Assembly (NCBI GenBank): GCA_001801305.1
Contig: MGXH01000002.1
Span: 3,054-67,053, forward strand
From: Gammaproteobacteria bacterium GWE2_42_36
GTDB taxonomy: Bacteria; Pseudomonadota; Gammaproteobacteria; UBA12402
DNA length: 64,000 bases
Reading direction: 5' to 3'
Below are positions 39,346 to 51,150 of this stretch, one piece after another. The translations under genes were made by a program, and so were the position numbers. How positions within the stretch are numbered: the first letter of the stretch is position 1; each line of letters begins with the position of its first letter. The notes under the pieces were generated by a model, which saw only the letters and a list, made by a program, of their open reading frames with translations, ran no database searches and had not been told where the DNA came from.

Positions 39346-40032
39346 TTACCGAGGTGTTGATCCCATTCTTGGTGGTTGTGTGAATGAAGATCCTGGGGGC
39401 AAAATTTCTGGAGTAGCGGAAGCAGGGGGGTGGCTTGTCGCTGAGTTTGGTGTTGCGGATCTTGAGCTAGGGGGCGAAGAAAACGATGACGATCTTGAAG
39501 AACCGCTTGAACTTGTAAGAGATGATGTCGTTGTTTCGCTAGGAGTAGGAATGTGAGTATCTCCTGTAGGTGTTAAGACATCAGAGAGAGTAGAATTGAC
39601 GCTTCTTTGAGAAAGTCGTGTTACTACTACAGCGCTTGTGGGCGGTGGCAATAGGCGTGAAGGGACAGAGCCTGGGCGAGGTGATTCAACAGAGTTTGAG
39701 CAAGGTGAGTCATTGATTGTTGGCGTAGGTAAAGAAGAGCAAACAGCTAGCGCTGTTGGTGTTGGGTTAAAGGAGGGTTCAGCTAAGTTGATATCAGCAC
39801 TTAACGTAGGTGTTCTCGTTACTTGTAGGTCAGTAGTCGTTGGTAAACCAGTCGACGTAGGTTGTGTTTGAATTGGTTGGGTTTGGGAAGGCGTGCCTGC
39901 ATCATGAAGTGCAGGCAGACCAGTAGGGTTATCTATCGCGATTGGAGGTGGGCGTCGATCTCTTGTTGAAATGAAAGGCTGAGATCTTGATGAAGCCGAA
40001 GCGGGAGGCTGAACGCCCGTAGTGTTTTGCAT
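39346..40032 (-). CDS. Ser/Thr/Pro-rich low-complexity hypothetical protein
   Basis: 228-aa ORF with ATG start 15 nt after the pgmB stop. It fills the gap on the same strand as its neighbours and contains no Lys, Trp or Tyr. Confidence 0.65.
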   Translation of the reverse strand: MQNTTGVQPPASASSRSQPFISTRDRRPPPIAIDNPTGLPALHDAGTPSQTQPIQTQPTSTGLPTTTDLQVTRTPTLSADINLAEPSFNPTPTALAVCSSLPTPTINDSPCSNSVESPRPGSVPSRLLPPPTSAVVVTRLSQRSVNSTLSDVLTPTGDTHIPTPSETTTSSLTSSSGSSRSSSFSSPPSSRSATPNSATSHPPASATPEILPPGSSFTQPPRMGSTPR

Positions 40033-40047
40033 CCGTATTACTCTCTA

Positions 40048-40716
40048 TCAGCTATTAATTTTTGCATAAAATTTCAATAAGGTTTCTGGAGTGATTTCTT
40101 GTAGTGAGCCAATGACAAAATCTGCCGCATGCAAATGTTCAATGGAGCCCACGCCGACACAAGGCATTCGGCCATTTCGAGCGGCCTCGATGCCCGCTTG
40201 TGCGTCTTCAAAAACAACACATTGTTGTGGGGCAACATTTAATGCCTCGGCACCTTTTAGAAAAACTTCAGGATCGGGTTTGGCTTTAGAGACTTTATTG
40301 CCATCAATGATGGTATCGAAGAAATGATCCATATCGATATGTTGTAAAATGGTCATGGCGTTTTTACTCGCAGAGCCTAATCCAATTTTGATGCGATCCT
40401 CTTTGAGTGCTTGTAAAAATTCTTTCGCACCTGGGAGAATTTCATCGGGTGTCATTTGATTGATCAGTTCGACGTACCAGGTGTTTTTTTGATGTGCAAG
40501 CGCTTCTTTTTGCGCTTCGCTTCGAGAAAGATTTCCAATTTCAAGAAGGATTTCCAGTGATCTAGCTCGACTGACGCCTTTTAATCGTTCGTTTTGTTTT
40601 TCCGTGAATTCAAAGCCTAATTTATGTGCTAGTCTTTGCCATGCCTGAAAATGATATTTTGCTGTGTCAACAATAACGCCATCCAAATCGAAAATACAAG
40701 CGAGAATTTTCACCAC
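40048..40716 (-). CDS. pgmB: Beta-phosphoglucomutase
   Basis: IFDLDGVIVDTA..HFQAW, LKGVSR, SASKNA, KPDPEVFL, FEDAQAG. GTG start after GAAGGA. Confidence 0.93.
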   Translation of the reverse strand: MVKILACIFDLDGVIVDTAKYHFQAWQRLAHKLGFEFTEKQNERLKGVSRARSLEILLEIGNLSRSEAQKEALAHQKNTWYVELINQMTPDEILPGAKEFLQALKEDRIKIGLGSASKNAMTILQHIDMDHFFDTIIDGNKVSKAKPDPEVFLKGAEALNVAPQQCVVFEDAQAGIEAARNGRMPCVGVGSIEHLHAADFVIGSLQEITPETLLKFYAKINS

Positions 40717-41056
40717 GGGACAGATTCCTTCTTTTAAAATAAGTAGGGATTGTAGTCGATCGTTTGAGTCAAAAAAAGGAATTCTTTCATATGAAGGCGC
40801 TGTATAAACTTTCATATTTTGATATTTCTTGCGAGGGATTCCATAAAGCGTGAATTTAGTAAGGGTGAGCTCAGGGCTAAATTCTATGAATCTTCACTGG
40901 GTGATTTCTAAAGAATTTATTCTTTCAGCTCATAATTTTATTTAAAAAAAATTAGAATCCATTATGATTGCGGCGTTTTGTCACTATTCATCACACTCAT
41001 GCTGAATAGTGACCGGCGTTTTTAACAAAAATTGTTTAATTGAGTGAGGTGACGAA

Positions 41057-42160
41057 TTGGCCATTAATGATAATGTGGTTGAAATCCGCAATCTATATAA
41101 ATCCTTCCAAGATGAAGAAGTGCTAACCAATATCAATCTCGACATCAAACAAGGAGAGTTTCTAACTTTATTAGGACCCTCTGGATGCGGTAAGACGACA
41201 TTACTTCGATTAATTTCTGGCTTTGAAACATTGACACGAGGGTCGATTACAATTAACGGTCGTAGCGTCGTTGGAGTGGCTCCTGAACACCGTCACGTCA
41301 ATATGGTTTTCCAAAATTACGCACTATTTCCGCACATGACGGTTTTTGAAAATATCGCTTTTGGATTGAAATGTAAAAAAGTGGCCTCCGCGGAAATTGA
41401 AGATCGAGTGGCCGATATTTTACGTATAGTTAAATTAGAAAAATTAAAAAACCGTAAGCCACATCAATTAAGCGGCGGACAACAGCAACGTGTTGCGATT
41501 GCACGCGCCGTTGTAAATCGACCTTTAGTGTTATTGTTAGATGAACCTTTAAGTGCACTCGATTATCGATTACGCCAAAACATGCAAATTGAGTTAAAAG
41601 CGTTGCAGCGCACACTTGGGATTACCTTCGTGTTGGTGACACACGATCAAGAAGAAGCCTTGTCGATGTCGGATCGTGTTGTTGTCATGAATGATGGTTG
41701 TATTGATCAAGTCGGGACGCCTCGAAATGTGTACGAAAAACCGAGCAGTTTATACGTGGCGAAATTTGTTGGTGAAACCAATATTTTTACCGCGGAAATT
41801 TTGTCGGTAGAGGGTAAAAAGATGCAAGTCGCTGTTGAAGGGCTTACTTTTACCGTGAATAACGACAAAGAGTATCAAGTGGGGCAGAAAGTTTGTGTCG
41901 TCGTTCGGCCTGAAGATTTACGTTCTTGGGATAATACCGAAGTCGATGATACGACTGGCATGATTCCTGCAACAGTCGAACAAGTCATTTACAAAGGCTC
42001 AACTGTCGATTTAATTTTACGCACACAAAAAACAGGAAAGCGGTTATCGGCAACAGAGTTCTTTAATGAAGATGATGAAAACCTCGACTTTAAACTAGGT
42101 GAATCCGTTTGGGTGGAATGGATGGCTGGTTGGGAGGTTGTATTGCCTTATGAAGAATAA
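41057..42160 (+). CDS. potA: Spermidine/putrescine ABC transporter ATPase
   Basis: GPSGCGKT, VFQNYALFPH, LSGGQQQR, LLLDEP, EFFNEDD. Confidence 0.94.
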   Translation: MAINDNVVEIRNLYKSFQDEEVLTNINLDIKQGEFLTLLGPSGCGKTTLLRLISGFETLTRGSITINGRSVVGVAPEHRHVNMVFQNYALFPHMTVFENIAFGLKCKKVASAEIEDRVADILRIVKLEKLKNRKPHQLSGGQQQRVAIARAVVNRPLVLLLDEPLSALDYRLRQNMQIELKALQRTLGITFVLVTHDQEEALSMSDRVVVMNDGCIDQVGTPRNVYEKPSSLYVAKFVGETNIFTAEILSVEGKKMQVAVEGLTFTVNNDKEYQVGQKVCVVVRPEDLRSWDNTEVDDTTGMIPATVEQVIYKGSTVDLILRTQKTGKRLSATEFFNEDDENLDFKLGESVWVEWMAGWEVVLPYEE

Positions 42161-43007
42161 ATATCTCTTTAAACGATTTTCGATTTCGATCATCGTTTTT
42201 TGGCTCATTGCTTTTTCGTTATTGCCTTTCTTTTTTACTTTTTTATTTAGCTTTTTATCGGAAGGCGCGCATGATTTATCTTGGCCTCTCCATTTTACTA
42301 TACAAAGCTATGTGCAAATTTTTCATCCGATTTATTTTCGGATTTTTGTGCGCTCGTTTGAGCTGGCATTCATTACGTCAGCGATTTGTTTATTGTTAGG
42401 ATTTCCGTTTTCTTATTTTTTGGCCAAGATGTCGGAGAGAGTTCGGACAGCGTTAATGTTTTTTTTGATTATTCCTTTTTGGACCAGCTCGTTGATTCGT
42501 ATTTATGCGATCATCATCATTATTCGTGCAAAAGGATTGCTGAATCACTTGTTACTTTGGTTGGGCATTATTCATCATCCATTACAATTGTTATATACCG
42601 ACACCGCGGTGATGATTGGGCTCGTTTATTCCTTGTTACCTTTTATGATTTTGCCGCTCTATGCGAATTTGGAAAAATTTGACTGGCGATTGTTAGATGC
42701 CGCAAGAGATTTAGGCGCAACCGGTTGGCAAAAGTTAGTCAAGGTGGTTATTCCGTTAACCGTACCCGGAATTGTGGCGGGAGTGTTATTGGTGTTATTA
42801 CCGGCGATGACGATGTTTTATATTCCCGATATTTTAGGGGGATCGCGTTCTGTGTTGCTGGGTAATTTAATTAAAGACCAGTTCGTCACGGCGAATAACT
42901 GGCCTTTCGGCTCGACGATTAGTGTGGTGCTCACCTTGTTGATGGGTGTTTTGTTGATAGTTTATTGGAAGGTTTCTCAAGGTAGCGACCGACGGGAGTT
43001 GTTATGA
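42150..43007 (+). CDS. potB: Spermidine/putrescine ABC permease
   Basis: IIPFWTSSLIR.YA, LPFMILPLY, AARDLGA, NWPFGS. Confidence 0.93.
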   Translation: MKNKYLFKRFSISIIVFWLIAFSLLPFFFTFLFSFLSEGAHDLSWPLHFTIQSYVQIFHPIYFRIFVRSFELAFITSAICLLLGFPFSYFLAKMSERVRTALMFFLIIPFWTSSLIRIYAIIIIIRAKGLLNHLLLWLGIIHHPLQLLYTDTAVMIGLVYSLLPFMILPLYANLEKFDWRLLDAARDLGATGWQKLVKVVIPLTVPGIVAGVLLVLLPAMTMFYIPDILGGSRSVLLGNLIKDQFVTANNWPFGSTISVVLTLLMGVLLIVYWKVSQGSDRRELL

Positions 43008-43771
43008 AAAATTTTCTGAAAACAAGTTATATTGCCAGCATCTACGTTTTTTTATATCTACCCGTGATCGTGTTGATTGCTTATGCGTTCAACAATGCCC
43101 GTTTTTCAGCAGAATGGCATGGTATGACATTGCAATGGTTTACGACGCTTTTCCAAGACACCGATTTATTGGTGATTACCGCCCATTCCTTGATTATTGC
43201 AGTTTTGTCAGCGACGATTGCCGTTATTCTGGGTGCACTTGGATCAGTGGCGTTGTTTCGATATTATTTTTTCGGCAAACAATTTATTCATGGCTTGTTG
43301 TTTGTGTTGATTGTTGTGCCGGATTTAGTGTTTGGTATTTCATTATTGATTTTATATTCACTGGCGAAAATCCATTTAGGGTTTTGGTCATTATTGCTCG
43401 CGCACGTGACGTTTTGTTTACCGTTTGTGGTGGTGACCGTTTTGGGCCGATTGAGCGGGACGGACAAAAAAATCATTGAAGCGGCTCGCGATTTAGGCGC
43501 GACGGATAGCACCATTTTCTTTAAAATCATTTTGCCACTTATGTTGCCTGCGCTCGTCGCAGGGTGGTTGTTAAGTTTTACGTTGTCGATGGATGATGTG
43601 ATTATCAGTTTTTTTGTATCCGGGCCTAACTTTCAGATCTTGCCATTATACATTTTCTCGCAAGTACATGTGGGGATTACGCCTGAAATCAACGCGCTGT
43701 GTACATTGGTGTTTCTCTTGACGGTGCTGTTTGTTTGTTTGGCGCATTTTTTATTAAAAAAGCGAGCCTAA
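43004..43771 (+). CDS. potC: Spermidine/putrescine ABC permease
   Basis: FLYLP, EAARDLGA, FTLSMDDVIISFF, PEINAL. Confidence 0.93.
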   Translation: MKNFLKTSYIASIYVFLYLPVIVLIAYAFNNARFSAEWHGMTLQWFTTLFQDTDLLVITAHSLIIAVLSATIAVILGALGSVALFRYYFFGKQFIHGLLFVLIVVPDLVFGISLLILYSLAKIHLGFWSLLLAHVTFCLPFVVVTVLGRLSGTDKKIIEAARDLGATDSTIFFKIILPLMLPALVAGWLLSFTLSMDDVIISFFVSGPNFQILPLYIFSQVHVGITPEINALCTLVFLLTVLFVCLAHFLLKKRA

Positions 43772-43773
43772 AA

Positions 43774-44811
43774 ATGAAAAAAATTCTTTGTACGATCGTT
43801 TTATTTTGTATTGCGCCTGTGCTTTTTGCGCAAACACAAGTGGTCAACATTTATAACTGGAGCGGTTATATTCCGGATGAAGTCTTAACGGCCTTTGAGA
43901 AAGAAACAGGCATTCACGTAAATTACAGTACGTTTGATAGCAATGAAGTGTTGTACACTAAGCTCAAAGTAGTCGATCCCCATGCGGATTATGATATTGT
44001 GGTGCCCTCGAGCTCGACCTTGCAACATATGATCAATGAAGATATGTTGCAACCAATCGATCATTCACAGCTATCCAATATGAAATATTTGAATCCACAA
44101 TTATTGAACCAACCGTATGATCCGCATAACCAATACAGCTTGCCCTATCTTTGGGGAACCACAGGGATTTTGATCAACACACAATACTATTCGCCGAAAG
44201 AGATTCAACGATGGAGCGATCTTTGGAAGCCTGATTTACAGGGTAAAATAGCCGTGTTGGATGAAATGCGCGATGTTTTTGGAGCGAGTTTTAAAGTATT
44301 GGGATATTCCATTAATGATAGCAATCCAGCACACATTCAAGCCGCTTATTTAAAGTTATCTGATTTATTACCCAATATTCAGTCATTTCAAAGTGATGGG
44401 ACGCAACAAATGTATGTGAATGAAGATGCGAATATTGGCATCATTGAAAATGGCGATGCCAATTCTGTGATTGCAGAAAATCCCCATTACCAATATATCT
44501 ATCCGAAAGATGGTGTGATTTTATGGGTGGATAATATGGCTATTCCGCGCGGCGCCAGTCATATCAAAAACGCCTATCGTTTTATGAATTTTGTCATGCG
44601 TCCGGATATTGCCGCAAAAATAAGTATGGGCGTTGGGTTTTCCAGTCCCAATTTAGCCGCGATTAAGCTGATGCCGAAAGACGAGCAAGATAATCGCACG
44701 CTGAATCCTGAGCCTGCTGATTTGAGTCATGCCGAAGTGGAGGGGTATCTCTCTCGCGAGACGAATGATGTTTATCTTTATTATTGGGAAATGCTGAAGT
44801 TAAAACTGTAG
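43774..44811 (+). CDS. potD: Polyamine ABC substrate-binding protein
   Basis: Signal peptide, IYNWSGYI, FEKETGI.V, FDSNE, PYLWGTTGI, WVDNMAIP. Confidence 0.9.
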   Translation: MKKILCTIVLFCIAPVLFAQTQVVNIYNWSGYIPDEVLTAFEKETGIHVNYSTFDSNEVLYTKLKVVDPHADYDIVVPSSSTLQHMINEDMLQPIDHSQLSNMKYLNPQLLNQPYDPHNQYSLPYLWGTTGILINTQYYSPKEIQRWSDLWKPDLQGKIAVLDEMRDVFGASFKVLGYSINDSNPAHIQAAYLKLSDLLPNIQSFQSDGTQQMYVNEDANIGIIENGDANSVIAENPHYQYIYPKDGVILWVDNMAIPRGASHIKNAYRFMNFVMRPDIAAKISMGVGFSSPNLAAIKLMPKDEQDNRTLNPEPADLSHAEVEGYLSRETNDVYLYYWEMLKLKL

Positions 44812-44955
44812 ATCGCTAGACTGACGGAAAAAGCGATCTGTTTTATTATTTTCAATTATTGTCATGAGTGTGTTAGAACCAATTTTTAGCGCTATTATTT
44901 GTTGCAAAATCCAAGGAAAGTTATTAAGCTTCTCGCCCATTTGTTGAGTGTATTG

Positions 44956-44968
44956 TATAATGCACCGC
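44956..44968 (+). promoter_or_regulatory. -10 element and GC-rich discriminator of tRNA-Leu/tig
   Basis: TATAAT followed by GCACCGC, just upstream of the tRNA. Confidence 0.55.
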
Positions 44969-44971
44969 ATT

Positions 44972-45056
44972 GCGAAAGTGGCGAAACTGGCAGACGCGCA
45001 GGATTTAGGTTCCTGTGGGGAAACCCGTGAGAGTTCGAGTCTCTCCTTTCGCACCA
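44972..45056 (+). tRNA. tRNA-Leu (TAG)
   Basis: GCGAAAG/CTTTCGC acceptor stem, CAGGA-TTTAGGT-TCCTG anticodon arm, long variable arm, GTTCGA, encoded CCA. Confidence 0.97.
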
Positions 45057-45085
45057 TCCAACACTTAAAGAATTGAGGATATATC

Positions 45086-46396
45086 ATGCAGCAGCAAGTT
45101 CACGTTGAAGTCATCGATACGCTAAATAGAAAATTATTGATAGAAGTTCCCGCTGATCAGATCGATGCAAAGTTTCAAACGCGATTAAATGAATTAGCCA
45201 AGACCGCTAAAATGGACGGATTTCGTCCGGGTAAAGTACCTGTTTCTTTGTTGAAAACCCGTTTTGGCAATGCGATTCGAGAAGAAATCATAACGGATGT
45301 ATTAAGCAAATCTTTTTATCAAGCGATTGATGATGAAAAAATTGCATTAGCCAGTATGCCGACAATGACGGTTAAAGAATCTCAAATGGGTGAACCTTTA
45401 AAATATGAAGCTTCTTTTGAAGTATATCCTGAGATTCATTTGATCGACTTAACGGATCAAGCGGTTGCTCAATATCAATCCATTGTTGATGATCAACAGC
45501 TCGATTTAATTTTAGAACGGCTGCGAAAACAATATGCTACTTGGCACGAAGTAGATCGACTAACTCAAACTGGAGATAAAGTTGAAATTGACTGTGAAGG
45601 GAAAGTGGATGGGAAAATTGTTGAAGCCAGCAAAGGCAAAGATATGCCTATCGTATTGGGTTCGAAAGTGATGATTGATGGTTTTGAGTCGAATTTGATT
45701 GGGAAAAATGCCCATGAAACACTGGCTTTCTCTTTACCTTTTCCTGCAGATTATTTCGATAAGAGTTTAGCCGGGAAAACGGCGGATTATACGGTCACTA
45801 TCAATAAAATTTTAGAGAGTCAATTGCCTGCACTCGACGATGCTTTTGCAGAATGTATGGGTGTAAAAGAAGGGGGTATCCTACAGTTGCGCGATACATT
45901 GCGAGGCAATATGGAGCGCGAGTTAAAAAATGCGTTACACCATAAAAATAAACAAGCCGTATTAGATGCTTTTCGATCCGTTAATCAGGTCGAATTACCC
46001 AAAAGCTTAGTGGAATCGGAAGTCACTCACCTACAAGAACAAAGTAAGCAACGATTACAACAGATGCTGGGTAAAAAAGATGTGCCGGAAATGCCCAAAG
46101 AAATGTTTATGGCAGAAGCTGAAAAGCGAGTGGCGTTAGGGTTGCTCATGCGTGAATTTATTAAAAAACAGGATGTTAAACCCGATTCAGCAAAGGTTAA
46201 GATCTTAATTGAGGATATGGCAAAAGCTTATGATTATCCCGAAAAAGTGATTGAATGGTATTATGCAGACAAAAAACGATTGGAATCTTATGAGATGGCT
46301 GCGTTGGAAGATGAAGTTGTAGAAAAACTGAGATCGGCTGCGAAAATAGAGCTAAAATCAATTTCTTATGACGATGCGCTTAAGGTAGAACGTTAA
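45086..46396 (+). CDS. tig: Trigger factor
   Basis: GFRPGKVP signature, FKBP domain, directly upstream of clpP. Confidence 0.96.
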   Translation: MQQQVHVEVIDTLNRKLLIEVPADQIDAKFQTRLNELAKTAKMDGFRPGKVPVSLLKTRFGNAIREEIITDVLSKSFYQAIDDEKIALASMPTMTVKESQMGEPLKYEASFEVYPEIHLIDLTDQAVAQYQSIVDDQQLDLILERLRKQYATWHEVDRLTQTGDKVEIDCEGKVDGKIVEASKGKDMPIVLGSKVMIDGFESNLIGKNAHETLAFSLPFPADYFDKSLAGKTADYTVTINKILESQLPALDDAFAECMGVKEGGILQLRDTLRGNMERELKNALHHKNKQAVLDAFRSVNQVELPKSLVESEVTHLQEQSKQRLQQMLGKKDVPEMPKEMFMAEAEKRVALGLLMREFIKKQDVKPDSAKVKILIEDMAKAYDYPEKVIEWYYADKKRLESYEMAALEDEVVEKLRSAAKIELKSISYDDALKVER

Positions 46397-46419
46397 TTAC
46401 ATTAACAGAGGATATTGCC

Positions 46420-47052
46420 ATGAATACAGCGAGTACTTTTGATTCAATGTTAGTGCCAATGGTTGTTGAACAAACAGCGCGAGGAGAGCGTTCTTACGAT
46501 ATTTATTCGCGGTTACTAAAAGAGCGTATTATTTTTTTGGTAGGGCCGATTGAAGACAATATGGCTAACTTGGTTGTTGCTCAATTGTTATTTTTAGAGG
46601 CTGAAAACCCGGATAAGGAAATTGGTTTGTATATCAACTCACCGGGTGGTGTTGTTACGGCAGGGCTCGCCATTTATGATACCATGCAATTTATTAAACC
46701 CGAAGTCAGCACGCTATGTATTGGGCAGGCAGCCAGCATGGGCTCTTTTTTACTAACCGCTGGTGCACCGGGTAAGCGATATTGTTTACCCAATTCGCGC
46801 GTGATGATTCATCAGCCTTTAGGCGGTTTTCAAGGGCAAGCATCGGATATCGAAATTCATGCGCGAGAAATGTTAAAGATGCGTGAACGTCTAAATGAAA
46901 TATTGTCGAAACACACGGGGCAGCCGATTGAAAAAATCAGGACAGATACGGATCGTGATAATTTTATGCGAGCAGAAGAAGCCCTACATTACGGCTTGAT
47001 TGATCGTGTATTAGAGAGTCGTCAAGCATTAGATATTAAAGTGTCACCGTAG
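46420..47052 (+). CDS. clpP: ATP-dependent Clp protease proteolytic subunit
   Basis: [28 protein letters not shown]. Confidence 0.98.
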   Translation: MNTASTFDSMLVPMVVEQTARGERSYDIYSRLLKERIIFLVGPIEDNMANLVVAQLLFLEAENPDKEIGLYINSPGGVVTAGLAIYDTMQFIKPEVSTLCIGQAASMGSFLLTAGAPGKRYCLPNSRVMIHQPLGGFQGQASDIEIHAREMLKMRERLNEILSKHTGQPIEKIRTDTDRDNFMRAEEALHYGLIDRVLESRQALDIKVSP

Positions 47053-47061
47053 GAGATTTTT

Positions 47062-48327
47062 GTGGCCAAAGACTCAAAAACAAAAGGCGCTAACAGCTAT
47101 TGTTCTTTTTGCGGAAAACGGCAAAGCGATGTTAAAAAATTGATTGCCGGAAACGATGTCTTTATTTGCGATGCTTGTATTGAGCTCTGCAATGAAGTTT
47201 TACGAAACGATTTGCAGGAAAAAACAGCAGAACCTGTCGTTGAGCAATTGCCCACGCCTAAAGAAATCAACCATTTTTTAAACGACTATGTCATTGGGCA
47301 AGATCAGGCGAAAAAAGCGTTATCTGTCGCTGTATATAATCATTACAAGCGAATTAAAAGCGGATTGATTAAATCAGAGGTCGAAATAGCAAAGAGTAAT
47401 ATCTTATTGATTGGCCCTACGGGTAGCGGAAAAACATTATTGGCGCAAACTTTGGCGCGTATTTTACATGTGCCCTTTGCCATTGCTGATGCAACGACCT
47501 TAACCGAGGCAGGATATGTGGGAGAGGATGTTGAAAACGTCCTACATAAATTATTGCAAAAATGTGATTTTTCTGTCGAAAAAGCCGAGAAAGGTATTAT
47601 TTATATCGATGAAATAGATAAGATCGCTCGTAAATCTGAAAATCCTTCTATTACGCGAGATGTGTCTGGTGAAGGGGTGCAACAGGCTTTACTGAAGTTA
47701 GTTGAGGGAACGATTTCCTCCGTGCCGCCGAGCGGGGGTCGTAAACATCCCCATCAAGAACTCATTCAAATTGACACATCCAATATCCTGTTTATTTGTG
47801 GTGGTGCCTTTGATGGATTGGAAAGCATTATTCGAACGCGCTCTCAAAAATCCGGTATTGGCTTTGGCGCGGATGTGCATAGCAAAAATGATAAAGCGAG
47901 AATCAATGAATTACTTCAAAAAATCGAACCAGAAGATTTGATCAAATATGGCCTTATTCCAGAGTTTGTGGGAAGAATGCCTGTAATCACGGTTTTGGAT
48001 GATTTGGATATGAGTGATCTCATCAAAATTCTAACAGAGCCGAAAAATGCTTTAATTCGTCAATATAAACAATTATTTGCAATGGAAGATGTTGAACTGG
48101 AAATTACAGAAGCAGCGCTTAAATTGATCGCTCAAAAAGCCATGAATCGCAAAACGGGCGCGCGCGGGTTGCGTTCTATTTTGGAAGCAGTTTTATTAGA
48201 TGTAATGTATGAATTACCTTCGCTCAAACAAGTTCAAAAAGTGATTATCAATGAAGCCGTGATTGAAAAAAAATCACAACCATTATTGGTTCGCACGGAC
48301 GGGAAAACCGTGCAAACCGCTTCTTAA
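47062..48327 (+). CDS. clpX: Clp protease ATP-binding subunit ClpX
   Basis: CSFCGK zinc finger, [22 protein letters not shown] loop. Confidence 0.98.
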   Translation: MAKDSKTKGANSYCSFCGKRQSDVKKLIAGNDVFICDACIELCNEVLRNDLQEKTAEPVVEQLPTPKEINHFLNDYVIGQDQAKKALSVAVYNHYKRIKSGLIKSEVEIAKSNILLIGPTGSGKTLLAQTLARILHVPFAIADATTLTEAGYVGEDVENVLHKLLQKCDFSVEKAEKGIIYIDEIDKIARKSENPSITRDVSGEGVQQALLKLVEGTISSVPPSGGRKHPHQELIQIDTSNILFICGGAFDGLESIIRTRSQKSGIGFGADVHSKNDKARINELLQKIEPEDLIKYGLIPEFVGRMPVITVLDDLDMSDLIKILTEPKNALIRQYKQLFAMEDVELEITEAALKLIAQKAMNRKTGARGLRSILEAVLLDVMYELPSLKQVQKVIINEAVIEKKSQPLLVRTDGKTVQTAS

Positions 48328-48373
48328 ATGACTATATTATAGTAATTGAGTAGAACAGTGAGAATATTTTTAT

Positions 48374-50800
48374 ATGAGTGAAAAAAATTTACAATTACCC
48401 AATGTGAAACAACCTCACGAATTACCTGTTGTTGCTTTACGGGATGTGGTTATTTATCCCAGTAATGTTTTACCCTTATTTGTCGGTCGCAAAAAAACTA
48501 TCAAAGCCGTCGAATTAGCGATGAATCTTTATGATAAAAAAGTGTTGCTGGTCGCTCAAAGAAAAGCAATGACGGAAGATCCAAAACCTGGCGATTTATA
48601 CGAAGTGGGAACCATTGGCTCCATTTTGCAATTTTTAAAACTGCCCGATGGGACGGTGAAAATTCTCGTTGAAGGAGAGCAGCGAGCCTCTATTCATTCG
48701 TTTGCATTCAAAGAAGAGACTGTTTTTGGTGAGATTTCTGTTGTCGAAGACACGACGGATGAAAAAAATATTACGGCGCAAGCTTTAGTGCGCAGCACAT
48801 TATCTTTATTTGAGCAATATGCCAGGCATAGCAAAAAAATCCCCATAGAAATTATTTCGGTTTTATCGACGATTGAAAGCGCCAGTCAAATTATTGACTC
48901 GATTGCGGCTCACGTACTTTTAAAGATTGAAGAAAAGCAGTTGCTATTAGAGACCTTTGATTTGCAAGCACGTGCTGAAAAATTATTGAAATTTCTTGAA
49001 CGTGAAGTTGAGGTGATGAGTATTGAGAAAAAGATTGGTTCTCGGGTTAAAGGGCAAATTGAAAAAAATCAGCGCGAATATTATTTGACCGAACAGATGA
49101 AGGCCATTCAGAAAGAATTGGGTGAGTTAGAGAATTTACCGAATGAGCAAGATTTATATTTAAAAAAGATCAAAAAATCCGGTATGCCAAAATTGGTTCA
49201 AGAAAAAGCAAAAGCGGAGCTCAATAAACTCAAGCTCATGCCGCATTTCTCTGCTGAAGCGACGGTTTCACGCAATTATTTAGACACATTGATTGCTGTC
49301 CCTTGGACTAAAGAAACCACTGTGAATCGAAATTTAATGCGCGCTGAAAAGATCTTGGATGAAGAACATTATGGGTTGGATAAAGTGAAGGAACGCATTT
49401 TAGAATATCTCGCTGTTCAAAATCGAGTAAGTCAAATCAAAGGGCCCATTTTATGCCTTGTTGGCCCTCCTGGCGTTGGAAAAACTTCTTTAGGAAAGTC
49501 GATTGCCCATGCGACGGGCAGAAAATTTGCTCGTATGTCATTGGGTGGGGTTCGTGATGAAGCGGAAATACGAGGCCATCGTCGAACGTATGTGGGCGCT
49601 TTACCGGGCAAAATTGTTTATCACTTATCAAAAGCAGGCGTTCGAAATCCACTCTTTTTATTGGACGAGATCGACAAAATGACGATGGATTTTCGTGGTG
49701 ATCCCTCTTCAGCGTTGCTAGAAGTTTTGGATCCTGAGCAAAATAATTCATTCAATGATCATTATTTAGAAGTGGATTATGATTTGTCGCACGTCATGTT
49801 CGTTACGACCGCTAATACGCTGGATATTCCGCCGGCTTTATTAGATCGCATGGAAGTGATTCATCTTTCTGGTTATACGGAAGACGAAAAAATTCATATT
49901 GCTATCCAACATTTATTACCGAAGCAAATTAAAGAGAGCGGATTAAAAACACAAGAAATATCAATCAATGATACGGTTATTCGAGATATTATTCGTTATT
50001 ACACACGGGAAGCGGGCGTTAGAAATTTAGAGCGAGAATTAGCTAAATTATGTCGTAAAGTCGTCAAGCGTATTTTATTAGATAAAAAATTAAAAAAACT
50101 CGAAATCTCTTCGGAAAATCTGGAAGATTATTTAGGTGTTCATCGTTATCGCTATGGAGAAGCAGAAGAAAAAGATCAAGTGGGACAAGTGACTGGCCTG
50201 GCCTGGACAGAAGTGGGCGGCGAGCTCTTAACCATCGAAGCAGCTACGATGCCAGGGAAAGGAGAGGCAATCGTGACAGGCCAAATTGGAGAGGTCATGC
50301 AAGAATCCATTAAGGCTGCCATGACGATTGTTCGCAGCCGTGCTCAGTTGTTTGGGATTGACCCACACTTTTTTGAGAAACACGACACCCACATCCATGT
50401 GCCGGAAGGTGCGATTCCTAAAGATGGGCCTAGCGCCGGCATTGCGATGTGTACCGCAATCATCTCAATTTTAACGAAAACGCCTGTGCGTGCTAATGTC
50501 GCTATGACAGGAGAAATTACTTTGCGCGGGGAAGTCTTACCAATTGGGGGATTAAAAGAAAAACTATTGGCTGCTAAGCGTGGGAATATTAAGCATGTCA
50601 TTATTCCACGGGAAAACACCAAAGATTTAAAAGAAATTCCTGATAATGTGAAGGAAAACTTACAGATTCATCCAGTCCGATGGATCGAAGAAGTCTTGCA
50701 ATTAGCCTTGCAACACGCGCCAAAACCGTTGAAAGCCAAAAAGCAACCACGTAAAGGTTCGTCCAGCAAACCAGTGCATAAAAAGACACGAAAAAAATAA
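48374..50800 (+). CDS. lon: Lon protease
   Basis: [30 protein letters not shown]. Confidence 0.98.
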   Translation: MSEKNLQLPNVKQPHELPVVALRDVVIYPSNVLPLFVGRKKTIKAVELAMNLYDKKVLLVAQRKAMTEDPKPGDLYEVGTIGSILQFLKLPDGTVKILVEGEQRASIHSFAFKEETVFGEISVVEDTTDEKNITAQALVRSTLSLFEQYARHSKKIPIEIISVLSTIESASQIIDSIAAHVLLKIEEKQLLLETFDLQARAEKLLKFLEREVEVMSIEKKIGSRVKGQIEKNQREYYLTEQMKAIQKELGELENLPNEQDLYLKKIKKSGMPKLVQEKAKAELNKLKLMPHFSAEATVSRNYLDTLIAVPWTKETTVNRNLMRAEKILDEEHYGLDKVKERILEYLAVQNRVSQIKGPILCLVGPPGVGKTSLGKSIAHATGRKFARMSLGGVRDEAEIRGHRRTYVGALPGKIVYHLSKAGVRNPLFLLDEIDKMTMDFRGDPSSALLEVLDPEQNNSFNDHYLEVDYDLSHVMFVTTANTLDIPPALLDRMEVIHLSGYTEDEKIHIAIQHLLPKQIKESGLKTQEISINDTVIRDIIRYYTREAGVRNLERELAKLCRKVVKRILLDKKLKKLEISSENLEDYLGVHRYRYGEAEEKDQVGQVTGLAWTEVGGELLTIEAATMPGKGEAIVTGQIGEVMQESIKAAMTIVRSRAQLFGIDPHFFEKHDTHIHVPEGAIPKDGPSAGIAMCTAIISILTKTPVRANVAMTGEITLRGEVLPIGGLKEKLLAAKRGNIKHVIIPRENTKDLKEIPDNVKENLQIHPVRWIEEVLQLALQHAPKPLKAKKQPRKGSSSKPVHKKTRKK

Positions 50801-50910
50801 TTATTTACGGCACAGTGATGATGCAAACATGTTCAGATTGGGGATGACTCTTCATCAAAAAGAGTCGAAATAGGGGCATTCAAAAAACTAGGCCAAAATG
50901 TTACTACAAA

Positions 50911-50944
50911 AAACTTTTGTCGCGAAAACGCACGACAAAAGTTT
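50911..50944. other. 12-bp perfect inverted repeat between lon and hupB (terminator or binding site)
   Basis: AAACTTTTGTCG-N10-CGACAAAAGTTT. Confidence 0.55.
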
Positions 50945-51015
50945 AAATTTTCATAAAAACACTATATCTCTATTTCAAAAAAGCGCACTCAGAAGCAAAT
51001 TCAAGAGGAATAAGC

Positions 51016-51045
51016 TTGACAGTGCTTTTGAAGTATTGGTATAAA
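51016..51045 (+). promoter_or_regulatory. Putative sigma70 promoter of hupB
   Basis: TTGACA-N18-TATAAA with a TG extended -10. Confidence 0.55.
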
Positions 51046-51150
51046 TTCACCTTCTTTATTATATTTCGATATACGGTGCAATAATTTTGAATTATCGTAA
51101 AGAAATTAATGAATTTTTATTTAATATCTTTCAATGGAGAGGAACTAATT

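Noticed and set aside
39335..39871. + strand Gly/Val/Glu-rich ORFs (73 and 77 aa)
   Set aside because: They are antisense mirrors of the longer S/T/P-rich ORF, which has an ATG start and matches the orientation of its neighbours.
44800..45087. 95-aa minus-strand ORF (MVRKERLELSR...)
   Set aside because: It is the antisense translation of tRNA-Leu.
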